From Magallana gigas (taxonomy: Eukaryota), in the NCBI RefSeq assembly GCF_963853765.1, contig NC_088854.1, positions 12,896,001 through 12,960,000 on the forward strand: a stretch of 64,000 nucleotides of DNA. Direction: 5' to 3'. A model generated the notes under the pieces. That model was not told the origin of the DNA and ran no database searches. It was given only the letters and a program-made list of their open reading frames with translations. Every line of letters starts with the position of its first letter. Position 1 is the first letter of the stretch. Of the stretch, positions 1-14,435 are shown in pieces. The position numbers were made by a program, and so were the translations under genes.

Positions 1-3000
1 GATACGGAAGTTTAATGGGCTGCAGTAGTGGCACTGCTGAGGTTGTGGTTAAGTCCAAGAGTTGCCCGTATGCAGCCGTCTGGCAGTAAGAATAGGCGTA
101 CTGAAAGTCAAGTACATTTTTATAGAAGATTGGCTCTAAATCTTACAATTCAGTGTATGAATTCAATACGTTAAATAAATCATTCTGAAATGGTCCAATC
201 AATAAGCTGCGACCTAATGTCAAAATTGTCATTTAGTGACCTACATTCAATGGCATTCACTTTTAATATATTGCTTTATTATTTGATATAAATTTCACTG
301 AAGTATAATAAGAAAGTTTTATATGTACTAGATATGACAAGAAATTGTTTAAAATATGGACCAGTGATTTACCCGTATTATCCGCATGAGGTTATACATG
401 ATTTCAGTGTCTTTGCCTTGGTTCCATAGGCTCATCTCATGGTACGCGCCTGCGTACTCCTTGTCCCGGAAGTCTTTGAATCGCTTGGTGATTTTAAGTG
501 CCCTACTGAGTGTTGTATCGTCTTCCTCTGGTCCGCCACCGAGTCTACAAAAGGAAAATCAAAGCTTCACATGTTCTTTTCATTTTGATTGTCGCAACAA
601 TGAAAGTGAATGGAGAAGGTTGATTTTAATACCGGTAGGACTGGTGCGAAGTAAATTTATATTTTTGTAACATAACGTTAACATCCCAAAAATACAACAT
701 AACGGTGTATTTACACTCTGAATTCTGCAATTCATAACATTCTAACTTGAGTACTTTCATCCTAGAACCGTTTTAACAAGAGCTTGGATTTTATGTACAT
801 TTCGAACAGTTGTGTCAAACAGCAATTTGACGTAGGCCTGTTTATTTCATTGCTGGCCACTCAGCAATGGCTCTTTAAAATCATCAAGATTTGTCTGACC
901 TTTGAGCTAAGACTACATATACGCATTTCACTTGAAACCAGCGCCATTTTTAACCTATTTGGATGCAAGAAATAGATAATAACGTCCTACTGAAAGTCCA
1001 AGGACTTGTTAAAATGGTTCTATCCATATACAATGGGTTTTTTCCCTCTGATTCAAAATAAAGGGTAAATTATAAACCAAATGGATCAAACAATACCGTT
1101 TGGTGAGCTGGTCTATCTTGGACTGCTGGAATTCCACCGTCCTCAGTACGTCTTCAAACTCGCTGATGGAGGACCCGGCCACCGACCTCTGGGTGGAGTC
1201 CCCACGGGACGTCTTCTTACTGTGCTTACCGCGGGGGGATACTTCCATGATGGTCATCCTCTTGGGCTGATACCTTTGTGGTAACTCCTGGTAAAAGGGA
1301 GCAGGTATCGGTATTACAATTGTTTCGATGTAAGTAAGTTCTGTATTCAGCATAATTATTATAATATAAAAAATTAAGAAAAAAATGTTTTCTTTATATT
1401 TAAATATGGTGCGTAAAGATGGTGTGACGATACGTCCATAATTTAGAAATATAGTCCAAACTCATTCATTTCTTTCAATTCAATGGTAAATCTTCTATCA
1501 TATTGAAGGCTATCCATATATTGAACACTGATTCATTCATAATACTGTGAGTCAAAATCAGAATTTTTTCATAGATCATAATTAGCTGTCAGACGAATAA
1601 GGACGAAGTAAGCTGAAGTAATAGCTACATGCATACTAACCGCCTTATTCTGCATACCCATCAGCATTTTCTCAGAGCGTTTCAATGAATTATATTCGTA
1701 CAGAGATGTTCCGGAAGTGTATTTATTGATGCTCGGCTCCCGGCATGCCACCATCAATACTTCCTTCAGTCTGCTTTTTGCGCCGGTTTCCGGACCATGG
1801 CGGGCGCTTTTCTGCGTTTCCACAATTCCAGATATCAAAACATCTTGGTACTTAAATAACAAAACAGAGAGAGTTATTTTGAGGTTTTAAAACGTGATTT
1901 TATCAGTAGCACAATAAAAGCTTTAAAGTGCAGTTTCAAAAGCACGCACAAAAAATAAAGTGCAATCTATTGCAAACCATAGGCAGGTAATTTCCTGCTG
2001 TATGAAAGGTTTTGTCACTTGTATTCAAATCTTTTTGGAATATTAAATCAAATTTCTGGTTTGAAAACTCTTAAATACATTAACACATTTAGGTGTAGAC
2101 TCATTTGAAACCGGGTTATGCCAATGACATGCAAGTTTTACAAATCCTCAAGAAACCAATTATGTGTAACTATCTAAAAAATCATAAAATACACATTGTT
2201 TACAAAGTTTTATTTATTTCACTCCAGAAATAAAGTGATTGCAAAAATAGAGCTTCGTATGTTTTGAATATATAAGGCAAACTTTATTATCTGAAAAATC
2301 GAAGGAACTTGTATTCGAATTCAAGCAAGCTGTTTAAGCTTGAAACACTAGAGTTTTCTGTCAACAGAATTTCCCGATCATTAATGCACTGGTCATTCAA
2401 GAGAGTGATTAAATGTCAAATTCTATAAGTGGTTAAAAGCGGCATGGTTAAAATCTAAAATAAAGTAGAATTGATTTAAAGTTTATCATACATCTCGAGT
2501 AAATATGTTCATATAGTATAAAGGAAAACAACGAGAACGGGACTTCGCGTGCAAGGTTTAATTCATTTTCGGGCCTTGCTATAAATGTTTGGTAAGGGAA
2601 TTGGTGTTTAAGCTTTTAAAGTTTTCACTTTGACGCGTCAATATATATGTAATTAAAAAAATGGAAAGTCAATTGTGGTTCTCAGTGGGTGTTTATAAAC
2701 CGACTGATCAGTTTTGTACCACTGAATGATATATATACAACCAAATTCGTCATTTGCCCAATGTGCATGCAGAAGCACACTCATATTTCAATGATATATA
2801 AATAAGTGATTGAATCAAAATTGATCATTTCACCATTGTTTATGTACTGAATCTACACAAATTAAACTCGCAAACAGACACTATATTAAATGTAAATGGA
2901 CTCACCAGTTGTGGATACCGTTCTTTAAGAAGCTGCTCAGCTTGCACCAGCCCCACGTATTCCAGTTTGGCCGCCTCTAGTTCCTCTTTTGAAACGTATC

Positions 3001-3109
3001 CTTCAATTTCTTGGAGAGTCTTTTGAATGTTGCTCCGGGCATGAGTCTTCAGGGAGGGCAGGTTAAGATCCGGTGCCCGCTTTGCCGTAGATGTGACGGT
3101 TTTATACAT
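1..3109 (-). CDS. MIEAP-domain-like protein, paralogue A (3' end beyond the left edge)
   Basis: Phase-consistent GT-AG exons: 3109-2906, 1850-1641, 1287-1097 (ends ...QSKIDQLTKR, phase 2), 544-373 (RLGGG...FKDFRDKEYAGAYHEM...LMRIIR), 100-<1 (YAYSYCQTAAYGQLLDLT). Exon order and phases match paralogue D. The N-terminus LKTHARSNIQKTL...AKLEYVGL aligns with D's LEEHSRTNIDKLL...ANMEYTEL. The diagnostic last exon is outside the window and the start codon is uncertain. Confidence 0.75.
763..1022. mobile_element. MITE with ~26-bp TIRs and TA ends, copy 1 (intron of paralogue A)
   Basis: Starts TAGAACCGTTTTAACAAGAGCTTGGA and ends TCCAAGGACTTGTTAAAATGGTTCTA. The internal sequence matches 37940-38202. 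Confidence 0.85.
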
Positions 3110-4968
3110 CTCTCATAAGTTACCCACAGGACTGCGAATGGATAGAAAAAACTAATTAAAACAGTTCTGGCCAGTCATTGATTCTTTTACACTGATCGAA
3201 GACTAAAGCTCTAACTAAATACTCTCTTATGTAAGACGATTAGATCGCTTTTGAGTTTTAATAAAGTGTTACCTTTGAAAGATTTTTTTGAATCAATAGG
3301 AGAAATATTTACTTTGCTAAAAACGTTACCTCTTTATCTATAATTTTGGCAAGCAAAAAGATTCGTGAGAATTTGTTCTAGATAACGTCCAGACCTTAGA
3401 AAATTGGACAGTAAAATGTATGTTTGAAAATTCAGCCCGATTTATCAAATATATATCACCCTCTTAACATATACGTTTGGGTCTTTACAAATATGAGTTC
3501 CTAGCTGAAAACGAATTAAAATTTATGACGCATACATATATGGGTTCTTTAGATTGACTAGATGTAATATGGCGATGAAATTTGACTTACCAATAACTGG
3601 ATAAAAAGTAATCCTTGAATTCTATTGATCATTTGAATAAAATCAATACAGAAAGACACATCCAAATAGGTTAAATCAGATGAACTATCAATTCCCAATT
3701 GCTTAAGACTTACCGTGGCGTGACAGTCACAGCTATTTTGAAGCAGATATCATTTAAATAGTAACAGTTCAACGGATTGCTTCTCTCAGGGGGTCACAGA
3801 ATATATATCTTCGGATTTCCAAACAAAATATGATCTTCTTGTGGTTTAAATAGACCAAGAGAAAAAAAGGGAATCCGGTGGACGTCAATAATTAGAAGAA
3901 CTGAGCATGGCTGGTTGATAAGATCTCTATAAATATTTGTATGAGGCCTTTGTTTGCCTGCAGTGACCTGGAGTAAAACCTCGGATACACTACGAAAGCT
4001 TTCCCTGTCCGTGCATGGACAATGTTTCTCGGGATTGTGTGCTTCTTGGTAACCATGCAGTAATGAAACAAGAAGGTTAAATGAATTTCTTGATAAATCA
4101 CAGGGAAATTGATTTCCTACATAATAACAAAGAATATAAATGTGCTTTAAACGAGGTGCTGGCACATTAATTTCACTAGCAGTGCCTTAAAGGAAACACG
4201 TTTGTCATTGAAAATTGCAGGAAATTAAATACACGAATACATAACTACCTTAAGAGTGTGTTGCTGCTCGTTTTTAAATTCTTACACAGAAATAACATTT
4301 CCAGAACGATCTGTGCAGACGTTAAGTTGGACCAAGCTGTAAGTGGGACCTAGGGGTTTTTTTGTTAACCCTGATCGTATCACATCTGTCAAAGACAGAC
4401 ATATACACTATGGACTCATGCCATGCTAGTTTTTTTAAAGTTGATTGCTACAATAAGGATCGTTAATGTATTTATTGTGGACATTAACTCTGAATTATAA
4501 TGATAACAAAAGTTTGTGCATATATTCAGAGAAGATTTAACATATGTTTTCCTCCAAATAAAGCATTTTACATCTTTTGATTTGCTGTAATGAATATCTA
4601 ATACAATATATTTTCAATCACTTATGCCGAAGATTTCGACTCGAATTTTTTTTTTACATAAGAAACATTGTATCACACTCAGATTGGATAAAATATTTGA
4701 CCAAAATTAAAATTAAAAAGAAAGAAAGAAGCTGTAACTACGTGCTCTTTGTCGGAAAGTATGAAATAAATCGTGCAACCTTGATAATGTTTTATTAATT
4801 GACCTTGTGTTGATTACGAAACGGCCACACAAATGACATAATATGTGTAAGGATCAAACAGATGAAATATCAACTGCTGACTCTCACTTCTATCTTAAGT
4901 ACTACACAAGCTGGACTTTGATAACCTATGAAATTGAGTCTCGTATGTCACGTGTTACAAAAGAGTGC

Positions 4969-7900
4969 TCAGTATGGCTGTACAACACCTTTCGACAGCA
5001 AGGCGCCGTTCTCGTGTAAATACAACGCCGGCCACACGGTATAATGGACCCTTTTGCCATGTTTTGTGTACACTTTTACGTGTTCATTTATTTCTGATCC
5101 TTCCTCGGGCCACGATAGTTTCATGGGCGGGTCCTGGATAGAAAATAACCAACACAATCGAACACAACTCTCCACATAGGCCATGATCTCCTTCGATTTA
5201 TCCCATCCAGTTTCCATAAACCCTCCTCCATGTTTGTGCCAAAAGATCTGTTCAAGAAGTCAGAAAAAGTCAAAACGTCTTTTAGCCTTGGTTTCAGTTT
5301 TCAACTGATTCTATTTCTAGAGTGAGACAGTGCAGAAATTTTTGTTTTTACCTCTTGGACCGCAGGAACTGCGTACACGCCAGTTTCATGTTGTATCCGA
5401 TGTACCTCTGGTTGTAATTTCCTATCTGTCTCGGGATCTACATGTGCCTTTGGAATGGATGAAAATTCTTATCTATGAGTTAGCAAATAGAAAAAAGTAG
5501 GGTACACTATGCATATAATGATTTACCAAATGACTACCTTTTGAACATGCGAGCTTGGTTATTCTAGAAATTCTTTGACATACAGGGTGTAGATAGTATG
5601 ATATGCTTTAATTTCAGTAAGCAGTGACTTTTGTCGTTTAAGTATGGTGCATTGAAAATACAGTTCTGAATCAGGTATGTGTACATATGGACTGTTGAAC
5701 TTTCAATATATGTATGGTCAAATAATATTTTGTCTGGCTGCGACATCGATCATAAAATATGGTTATTTTTTCGTCTTGTTTATTTTTCTTTTTTGATAAA
5801 AACATCGTAACTTTTCAAGGGTCGGAAAGCATACAGAGTTCTATACCTGTTGAAAATGAGAATTTCCATCTTCATCAATCGTCGCAGAGACTCCTAACGG
5901 GTAAACCAGTGTCTCCATTATTTTGGATCGATGTTTCTTGGCTTCATCACGACACAATTCATACACCAACTGTAACCAAATATTTCTAAGCGTCTCAATA
6001 TTAATCGAAACAAAATCACATGCATGTATAACGTAGTTCTGACTTTAAAAAGATGAAATACAGGGAAATATTCGTCCCCGTTTTATTTTCGCTCATGCCC
6101 TCGACGCCAGCGGGCGTATAAATTTATGCCTGGGCGAATTTCAATGTTTCAGATTATCTCTCTTTCAACACAACTTTTTTCGAGCAAATACAAGACGGGA
6201 AGAAACCCTTCACAAATAAAGAAGGCCAAAAATAACCCCGTATACAGTATGTCAGAATTTTGTGAGTAAAGATTCATTCAAATCATTATTTCTTTTGTTG
6301 TTAACATAGATCCGTATATAAATATATGCCAATATAGGTTTATTATACAATGGAAATGACCTAGAGTTGTTTTGTGGGGAAACCTGTCCACAGCCTTTAT
6401 TATGGCAACACAAAACAGACAAAGAAAATGAAACGGAAACTCACATGCAAGATTGTACTCAGTTTCTTAACTATTTCCTCTTCCATAACTATCATTCCAG
6501 TTTTCTGTAAGGCCTTGTATGCGGCGGACCACTCATTGTGGTAGAGTTCCTTGTAACTCTCAGCTATCTTGTCCGGACTAATGGCTTCCATTGGATTTAC
6601 TGGTGATCCAAAATTGTCTCTCCAAATTTCTTCCCCAATTGTACTAAAACTTACACTGAAAATTGTGTTTGATTTTAAATCTGGTTTTTTTTTTGTCATT
6701 AGTAACTACTTTAATTTCTATATTCATTCAGAAAATATTTTTGATTTCAAGAATTGATTTACCTTGTTTTATTTTCACTCGATTTCACATCGTCGGATTG
6801 AACTTGGTCCTTTATACATGTAAAGGAGAATACAGAAGTATGAATAAAATGACACCTTTTCAATAAAATTACTTCTTTGCGAGAAATGTTTTGATAATTA
6901 CCATAAACTAAGTAATCCGAATTCAGATGTACGTGTAATACATACGTGACGGTGTATATCTGGTAGGAAGGTCTGTCGCTGGAGGAAATGGTTGTACTCT
7001 TTCAGTAGATGGTGGAACTTCTCCTCTCCGTCAGCCTTGTATTTCAGCACCTCCCTCAAATGTCGGGACTGGGCAGCCTCCAGTAATCTCATAATATCTT
7101 TCTGTAGATGTGGAAGTTAGAGATGTTTTATATGGTGGCATAGTTCTGCCACTAAATGGATTTTATATAGGCATGCAACATGAATGATCTTTAAGAATTT
7201 ATTTTAAAACATCATGCATGAACTACGGTTACCATATCGCACAGTCTACACACGTGCATCTTATTCTGGTCGACATACAACTTAATTATGCTGACCTGCA
7301 ACTTAGTTATATAACATACTGGTATGTCAGTTTCTTATTTCTGATAAAAGTACAGCAACATCAAAAAGTGGTATGGTGACCAAAAAAAACCGATTGCTTT
7401 CCAACATAAATACTGCGGATTTACATGTATCAATATTCGTTGAATGCCAATTTTCGTTGATTTCGTTGTTAAGCCAACATTTGCATTAATAGGATCATCG
7501 ACCACGAATTTACGTATCCTTGAAACTATGGTTTTCACTTCATCCACGAATTTGATACCCACGAATATTAATGAAAATCCCAGCTTTGTGATATGCATAG
7601 GCGTCGGAACCGGGGTATAAGCCCCCCCCCCCCCCCCAACTTTTTTTGCAAAGTTATACCTAACCATTAGAAACATAGCATGATAGAGGGTTCAGCCCCC
7701 CCCCCCCCCCCCACTTTTTCTCGCGGGAAAGATTATTGTTCCTAAAATTACCTCGAAAGATGGAGAAGTTGGATTCAGAAGCATACAACCCCCCCCCCCC
7801 CCCGAACCCCCCCCCCCCCCCCCCCCGGATTAGGAATTTCAATGATTTTGGGAATTACTTTTTCTCACTATTTCTGAGGATTAGTCTAGCCCCCCCCCCC

Positions 7901-8161
7901 CCCCCCACCACACACACACACACACACTTTCAATTTGCTTCCGACGCCAGTGATATGCATATTCTCAATGCACTGAAAGTGAAGGAAATTCTTTTGCTGT
8001 CCTACCTGTACATCAGGAGAGAGTAGAGGTAGACTCTGACATATAGCTTTTAGTTCTCTCATGGCGATTTCAACGTCTGTCGAGCTGAAGTCGCTCTCGT
8101 AATATTTACCGAAATGGAGTTTGTCGATCACTTTCTTCAAATATTCGTACTTATCCGACAT
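4969..8161 (-). CDS. MIEAP-domain-like protein, paralogue B (~355 aa, 7 coding exons)
   Basis: Exons 8161-8006, 7101-6946, 6809-6763, 6655-6445, 5969-5847, 5447-5352, 5247-4969 join in frame (1068 nt). Contains KIAESYKELYHNEWSAAY and the C-terminal CVRLCWLFSIQDPPM...VWPALYLHENGALLSKGVVQ pattern characteristic of MIEAP-like domains. Confidence 0.85.
6058..6249. mobile_element. MITE remnant (ATACAGGGAAATATTCG ... AAAATAACCCCGTATACAGTA)
   Basis: Partly inverted ends; the right end matches the fragment ending at 11500. Confidence 0.6.
7596..7952. mobile_element. Poly-C-run MITE in an intron of paralogue B
   Basis: Inverted ends CATAGGCGTCGGAA / TTCCGACGCCAGTG, flanked by an ATATG direct repeat; several long C runs and a (CA)n tract inside. 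Confidence 0.8.
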
Positions 8162-9746
8162 TTTTATTAAATTATAACTGCTGCCACATTAAAAGTCTAA
8201 AGGCATTCTTCCAGTCGGAAATCTGTGGAATGAAATGTCGACAAATTATCGATAGATTTGGTTTGTTTCGGAGATTTTTAAGGGGATGTGGTTTATATTC
8301 AGAAAAATTAAGTAAACTTGAATAAAAAATATTAAGGGACGTAGAAACCTTTCGGTAATAAGTTATTTTTCAAATTCATGATTATAATATTGGATACATA
8401 ATCTGTTTAAAGTCGGTACGTACCTCGATTCTTGACTACAACCATGTACACGTTTTGTTTACTAGAATACAACTGCTTGATTGTTTGAGGCATAATAGGG
8501 GCATTGCATTGTGATATAATGGATTGACTACATATGCATGCATTGTGAATTAAAAGGACATCGAATTGAGAATCTCCACATTATTTCATAACGTCCATTA
8601 TTTTTAATATTCTGATTGTTTCTAACAAACTCAACTCTCACTCAATTCATTCACATTGACCTCTCGAGCATGAGATATTTTATTTTCTTTATAGTACAAC
8701 TCATGGTTCTAAATAAAATTTGCATATTGTCCATGAAAATTTCATAAGATTGATCAGGGAGACGTAGTTTAAGTTGTTGCTTAATAAAATAATTTAATAA
8801 AACATTTAAGTTTTTAACTAAATCCCCCGCAAGGAGCCCAGTATTATTCCCTTGTTTCTTGTTCACATGCATCTCCAAAGTGGTATACAAGGCAATACAA
8901 AAGAGTCATCTATTCCTCTATCAAACACATCGTTAACTTTACGCTGATCATAAGTAACAGAGATATGAACTTAATTGTAAGGTTTAAATACCGGTAGTTT
9001 TTAAAAACGTTGATGTCCGTGAAGGATACAAACCAACATTTACAACAATAGAATAATTTTTGTAAACATCGCACTCATTCCACTCTGGTCTCTCTAAAAG
9101 AGCGATAAGACATTTTTGTTTGTTAATTCCTTTTAATCAATGATTTGTGCACATGTACAGCCAGTGTCATCTAAACTGGATGCGAAATATTTGCGTTAAA
9201 AATCAATCAATCACAGAATGATAAATGTTTATGATGATGATGAAGATGAGATGGTCGTTTATCGCTGCTTTTTCTAAAATGTTTTTTAAGACTGAGTTTT
9301 GTTTTGTTTTTTTTATTATTTACTTTTGCTCATTTTTATTTCATTTTAAGGTAGTTAAGATATTAAGTTCATGATTGTTATCTGTATATTGTACATCATA
9401 TGTTTGAATATTATTTTATTGCATCATTGTTATATTTACATAATACATCATTTCTTTGAATATTTTTATACAAAATATACAGAAACACTTTCGTCAGATA
9501 AAACTACATGTAGTTCTCGCAGAATGCTATTTCAACTCAGTGCAGGTTTCTCTATTTTTCATGCATTGCTATTCCAATTTGTATGAAACTGTCTGCAGTT
9601 CTAATACAATATATAGCAATATGATTTTAAAATTTTAATAATAATAATAATAATTAATAATAACTAATTCTAATCAATACCATTTCCCATAGAATTAATC
9701 TATATAAGAATTATTAGACAATCTCGTTAATTTCATTCAGTCAATG

Positions 9747-12700
9747 CTATAACGGTTGAACCACGCCCTTTGCCATCAATGGTCCCTTGTCGTGTAAATA
9801 CAATGTCGGCCATACAACAAACTTGATATGGGTCCCCCTCTTTGTGAATTCAACCAAATGATCATCCAACGTTGTCTCCTCTTTTGGCCAGTTCAGTTTC
9901 ATTGGCGGATTTTGAATTGCGAACAGCCAACAGATCTGTACGCATTTCGTGATGTAGCTTGAGATGCCTTTTGATTCGTCCCATTCGTTTCGTTTGATAT
10001 CGCGTTCATGTTCCATACGGAATATCTGTAAACAAAATCCAGAATCATTGAACGTGATAGAAATAGAACGATAAAATCGTTGGTCCAGTAAACAAACCAT
10101 ATAGTAATACATTTCTTTCCATTAGACTAATAGTGAACTTCAAATACATATCAGAGAGAAAAATGAGAAAGTTCATGTTATTTGTTACATTTATGGAACG
10201 TTCATAACATTTGGTACATTGCATGCATGACGTAAATGTAATTTTTGAAGCAATAAAAGAATGTGTTTTACTTGACAAGTTATGCCAAACGATTCATGTA
10301 ACTATAAACTATGGCTTTGCATATATTTATGAACCTTAATCATTCTGGTAAAAGAGTTCAAACTTGTTTATCTTCTTTTAAAGATCTGTCAGTCAGTTAA
10401 GTCTGTATTTTTAACGTGTCTGACATGGTTCTTTAGTTATCCTATCTCTATCAATCTAAGTGCGATATTACGATAACAATGCCACTGAGCATTTCCCCTG
10501 TAGTTAGAAATGAAGTTAAGAATCTACCTCTTGAATGGCGGGAATAGCGTAGACACCAGTTTCTCGTTGTATTTGGCGAACCTTTGGTTTGAGAATTTCT
10601 TCAATGTTTGGTTCAACGTTTGCCTAGAACACGGAAAAAAGCCGATTTCAAACTTGTTCATATCACATCTAGTACGTGTATTTCAAAGAGAGAAATAAAA
10701 ATAATGTCTTTAGGTTGGATGGTCGAGGACATTTTTAAACTATATTAATCTTCCTAAGAAGAAAAGCTTTGTATAAACCTATAGGAAAAGAACAAATTGT
10801 ACTCGTAAATATTTACTAAGCACAAGTCATGGCGTTAAGAGTAATATTTTATTAAGGAGGATCTGATTGTTAATTTATTCACCATCAAGCCTCCTTATAA
10901 TAAACGAAACCAATGTAATAATCAATGCATCATACAAATAGTAAGCAGATACTCAACAATAAAATACTAAAATCTTTAATCGTTTTTTTTATCTGCAATG
11001 ATTTGATTTTTAAGTAATTTCTAAATTCTGCAGTATGGGAGTTTGACGAATCCGAATTTCATCGTAGGCTTTTAATACTATAATAGCATTTCTACATTTG
11101 TAGTTCTTACATTGATGGTGGCCTGGACACCGGTGGGGTACACCAGAGTTTCTCGTATCTTATGTCTGTGTTCTCTCGCCTGGCGAACACAGAATTCATA
11201 GCATAACTGAAACAAAGAGGCATTTAATTAAACATTTTATGTGCAATACCAGTATGAATTTCGTATTCAGGCGTTCACATCTACATTAATTCTCCCTAAA
11301 AAGATTTGATGCTCAGAGTAATGGTTCTTAAAGAATAAACCCATGCTTTTATGGATTAGATTGAACGAATTACAATGTTTCATATTGTCTCTCTTTAAAC
11401 ACAATTTTGTCTTGGCGAATTCACGACGGGGCGACACCGTATGCAAGCAAGTGATGAAGGGCGAAAATAACACTGGGCGAAAATAACCCTGTATACAGTA
11501 TTTTGTATGTATCTAAAGAGAGGTCCATGCATTAAAGTGCACTGAAAAAAATCGAAAAAGGAAAATAAAAAATCTTTCATGATTTGTACTAAAATGTCAT
11601 ATTATTCCACGAGTGAAATCAAAAGTATACAGTAAGATATGAAAAAAATATCACTGTCAAATAAAACATTCGTACAATAAATATTTACTTATCAACTTTA
11701 TATAATAAAGCTACAGATACGAACCTTTAATATTTTACCAAGTTTTTTCACTATTTCTTCCTCGTCCTTCTTCCCAGATTCCTTCTGTAACTCTTCGTAT
11801 GCGCATGTCCATTCGTTGTCGTAGAGCTCCCTAAATTGTTCGGCCAGTTTAGTCGGTCTGTTGACGTCACTGAGATCTGTAATGTTTGGGTTACCGTCCG
11901 TTAATTTTTCTCCGGCAACTTTGCTAAGTCTGTAAAATATAGATACATCGTCATGTATAATAATCACGTGTATACATACACATATGACCGATAGATACAT
12001 TAAAACACGTTGACATTGTGTATTAAATCAAACTTGGTGTATGTACTTAATTATAGATAAATGTACAAATGAATCGAATTCTATAAGATTTTTTGTGCTT
12101 ATTACCACAAAACAATTCACCGTGAAACTTATGTGAAATGAAATGCAAAAGAATGCTGCTCCTTTTGCGTTTACCTATTTTGCAGTTCTTGGATTTGTAA
12201 ATCCTTTTTTGCTATTTCGTAGTTTTCTTTAGTATTCATGGGTTCTGCTTTTGGGAGTTCATTTTGTTGACGAGTTTTGTCTGCTGATGATTTCCCAGAA
12301 CCTTTCTGTGACCCAGGCTAAGATTTATATAAAACATTATAAAAGATTTGGTTTACAACATATTTTGCAAAGAACTATACACTACACATCTTCGCTGCCT
12401 TTATTTGGGTTGATTTCTAAATGTGCAATTCTCGAATTCATGGTTAATTTCATTTGTCGATTTTATTATATCTTACCGCATTATACAAATAATTGGATTG
12501 CAGAAAAAATTATCAAATAAGAAGAGACAGAATCTGACTTCATATACATGTTTTACTATATGTACAATTGTATATAAAATAGATTTTTATATATTTGCTA
12601 AAAGGAATTTTTACATATTAGTCATTTTTACGAATACGTACTTTCGATACTTTATCTAGATATTCGTCATACTCCTTAAGGATTTTGTGATATGATACAA

Positions 12701-13253
12701 AATCGTACTGTTTCTTGAATTTAAGTATTTCTCCAGGACTCTTTGACTCGGCTACTTGAAGGAATTTGATCAAATCTCTCTAAAATAAAAAGATGAACTA
12801 ATTGATGAAACTATTTGCTATATGCCTCTTTCCTGTTACAGTAATCAACGCAATCATTGTGCAAATGAGCTTCGAAATGGAAGAAATTGACCAATTATTC
12901 AAGTATGATAAAGATAACTTTGGCGAAGTTACATGCACAATTTTATAAAGATATTGTTAATTAGTAATTTATTTGCATACAAACTGTAATAATTACACTA
13001 GATTGCAAAATATGTTCTATTAACGATATCAATTCATTTCATCTGTTAACACGTGAAAACGGTGATATGTAATCATTTTACATAAGCTGTAGTATTTATA
13101 GATGTATACCTGTGCATTAGGTGGTACTGACGGCAGTGCTTGAAAAATAATTGAAAGTTCTCGTTTAGCGGCCTCTACATCACTGATATCTGAATATTTC
13201 CCAGTTTCGATGTTTGTCATAAGATTTCTCAGTTTATGGCATCTGTTCGTCAT
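9747..13253 (-). CDS. MIEAP-domain-like protein, paralogue C (~366 aa, 7 coding exons)
   Basis: Exons 13253-13110, 12779-12642, 12317-12175, 11929-11725, 11206-11111, 10623-10528, 10025-9747 join in frame (1101 nt). Motifs RLSKVAG..GNPNITDLSDVNRPTKLAEQFRELYDNEW and CVQICWLFAIQNPPM...VWPTLYLHDKGPLMAKGVVQ. The last two exons (96 and 279 nt) are the same size as in B. Confidence 0.88.
11398..11500. mobile_element. 3' fragment of the same MITE family as 6058-6249
   Basis: Ends GGGCGAAAATAACCCTGTATACAGTA; left boundary approximate. Confidence 0.55.
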
Positions 13254-14275
13254 CCTTAACCTGTAAATAATCCAGGTATTCGGATGGTAATTTTGCAGCA
13301 TTTTTTTTTTCAAAACAAGACTTCTTTCATGAAACATATTAATACAAGAATTCAAACATGTTGATGGGAGTGTGTTCTTTTCATATTATCTGTAGCTCCA
13401 TGGGAAATTCGGGGTTGACGGTCCGAATTTTCCGCGAAGCTAATACATTGTACTTTTTTCTACTAGGAAATACCGAGCCGCTAAAGGAGGGGATGGACCC
13501 TCTCAACTAAAAATATTTATCGACTCGAGGTAAATTCGATTTATCGATATTATCAGAAACGATCACTCCTATCCCACTACCCCTCGTCGCCTTTGTCGAC
13601 AAAGCATCGGAATAAATCCATTTTTTAATGTCTATTTGTTTTCAACAGATGCCCCCCCCCACCCCCCCCCCCCCCCCCGGCCACACCCCCACCTCTGAAC
13701 GTTTATTTCTCTCAAACCATTTCAATGGTACATGAGGTAGAAAAAAAAAATATTTACAAATGTACAAATGCAGGGTCAATTTAGGAAATGTAAAGAAATT
13801 AAACAAGTTGAGCTATTTTTTTTTAACAAATATGGACATTTTTTAATGAAATATACCATCTATGGTATTCATAAATGTATTCATAAGATTCCAGAATTTA
13901 TAAGTGTTAACATTTGATGAGAAATTTTCCTCAATTAATTTGATGCGGAATAAAGAAAATGCCTGACATTCCAAAACATAGTGGTATTCGTCACCCAGTG
14001 TTTTTATTAAATAATAAACAAAGTCTATGACATCTTTCTATGTTACTCTATCTTCCAATTTCAATTGGTAATTTATGATTACAGGTTCTAAGAGTTTTGT
14101 AAATATGACACTTAAATCGTTTGGCAAAGGCTCTGAGTCAACGGGTTATTAGCTTAGCTATTTTCATTTTTTACAATTTTTGTTTTTTACTTTTTTTGTT
14201 TTGTAAATATACTTTCTACAATTTGCTCCAGTGTAATCTACTAGTGCACACAGTCACAAGATGATACAAACTTAC

Positions 14276-14435
14276 CTGAGCTTGTCACGATCTACTTCCT
14301 GTTTCGGTTTTACCTGGTTGTCAAGGCGACATCAAGACAACATCTATATGCGAGGCTCCTCGAGGGATGTCCTAAAGCTACTAGCTAGGCTTGTGTTATC
14401 GTATTGATCATCAATGTTAATTCCTTTATAAACAC
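14276..14435 (-). other. Probable non-coding 5' UTR exon of paralogue C
   Basis: Acceptor ttgcag|GT at 14435 and strong donor CAG|gtaagt at 14276. The frame continuous with the next exon has TAG and TGA, and C's ATG (13253) aligns with B's ATG, so the exon is read as UTR. Confidence 0.5.

Noticed and set aside
3794-4165. 123-aa ORF upstream of paralogue A
   Set aside because: No domain resemblance or convincing splice structure.
7335-8026. ORFs encoding poly-Gly or poly-Pro
   Set aside because: They are translations of homopolymer runs in the MITE.
14276-14435. In-frame TAG/TGA read as readthrough, selenocysteine or pseudogenisation of paralogue C
   Set aside because: C's downstream ATG aligns with B's start, so a UTR exon explains the stops. 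One stop is TAG and no SECIS was identified.
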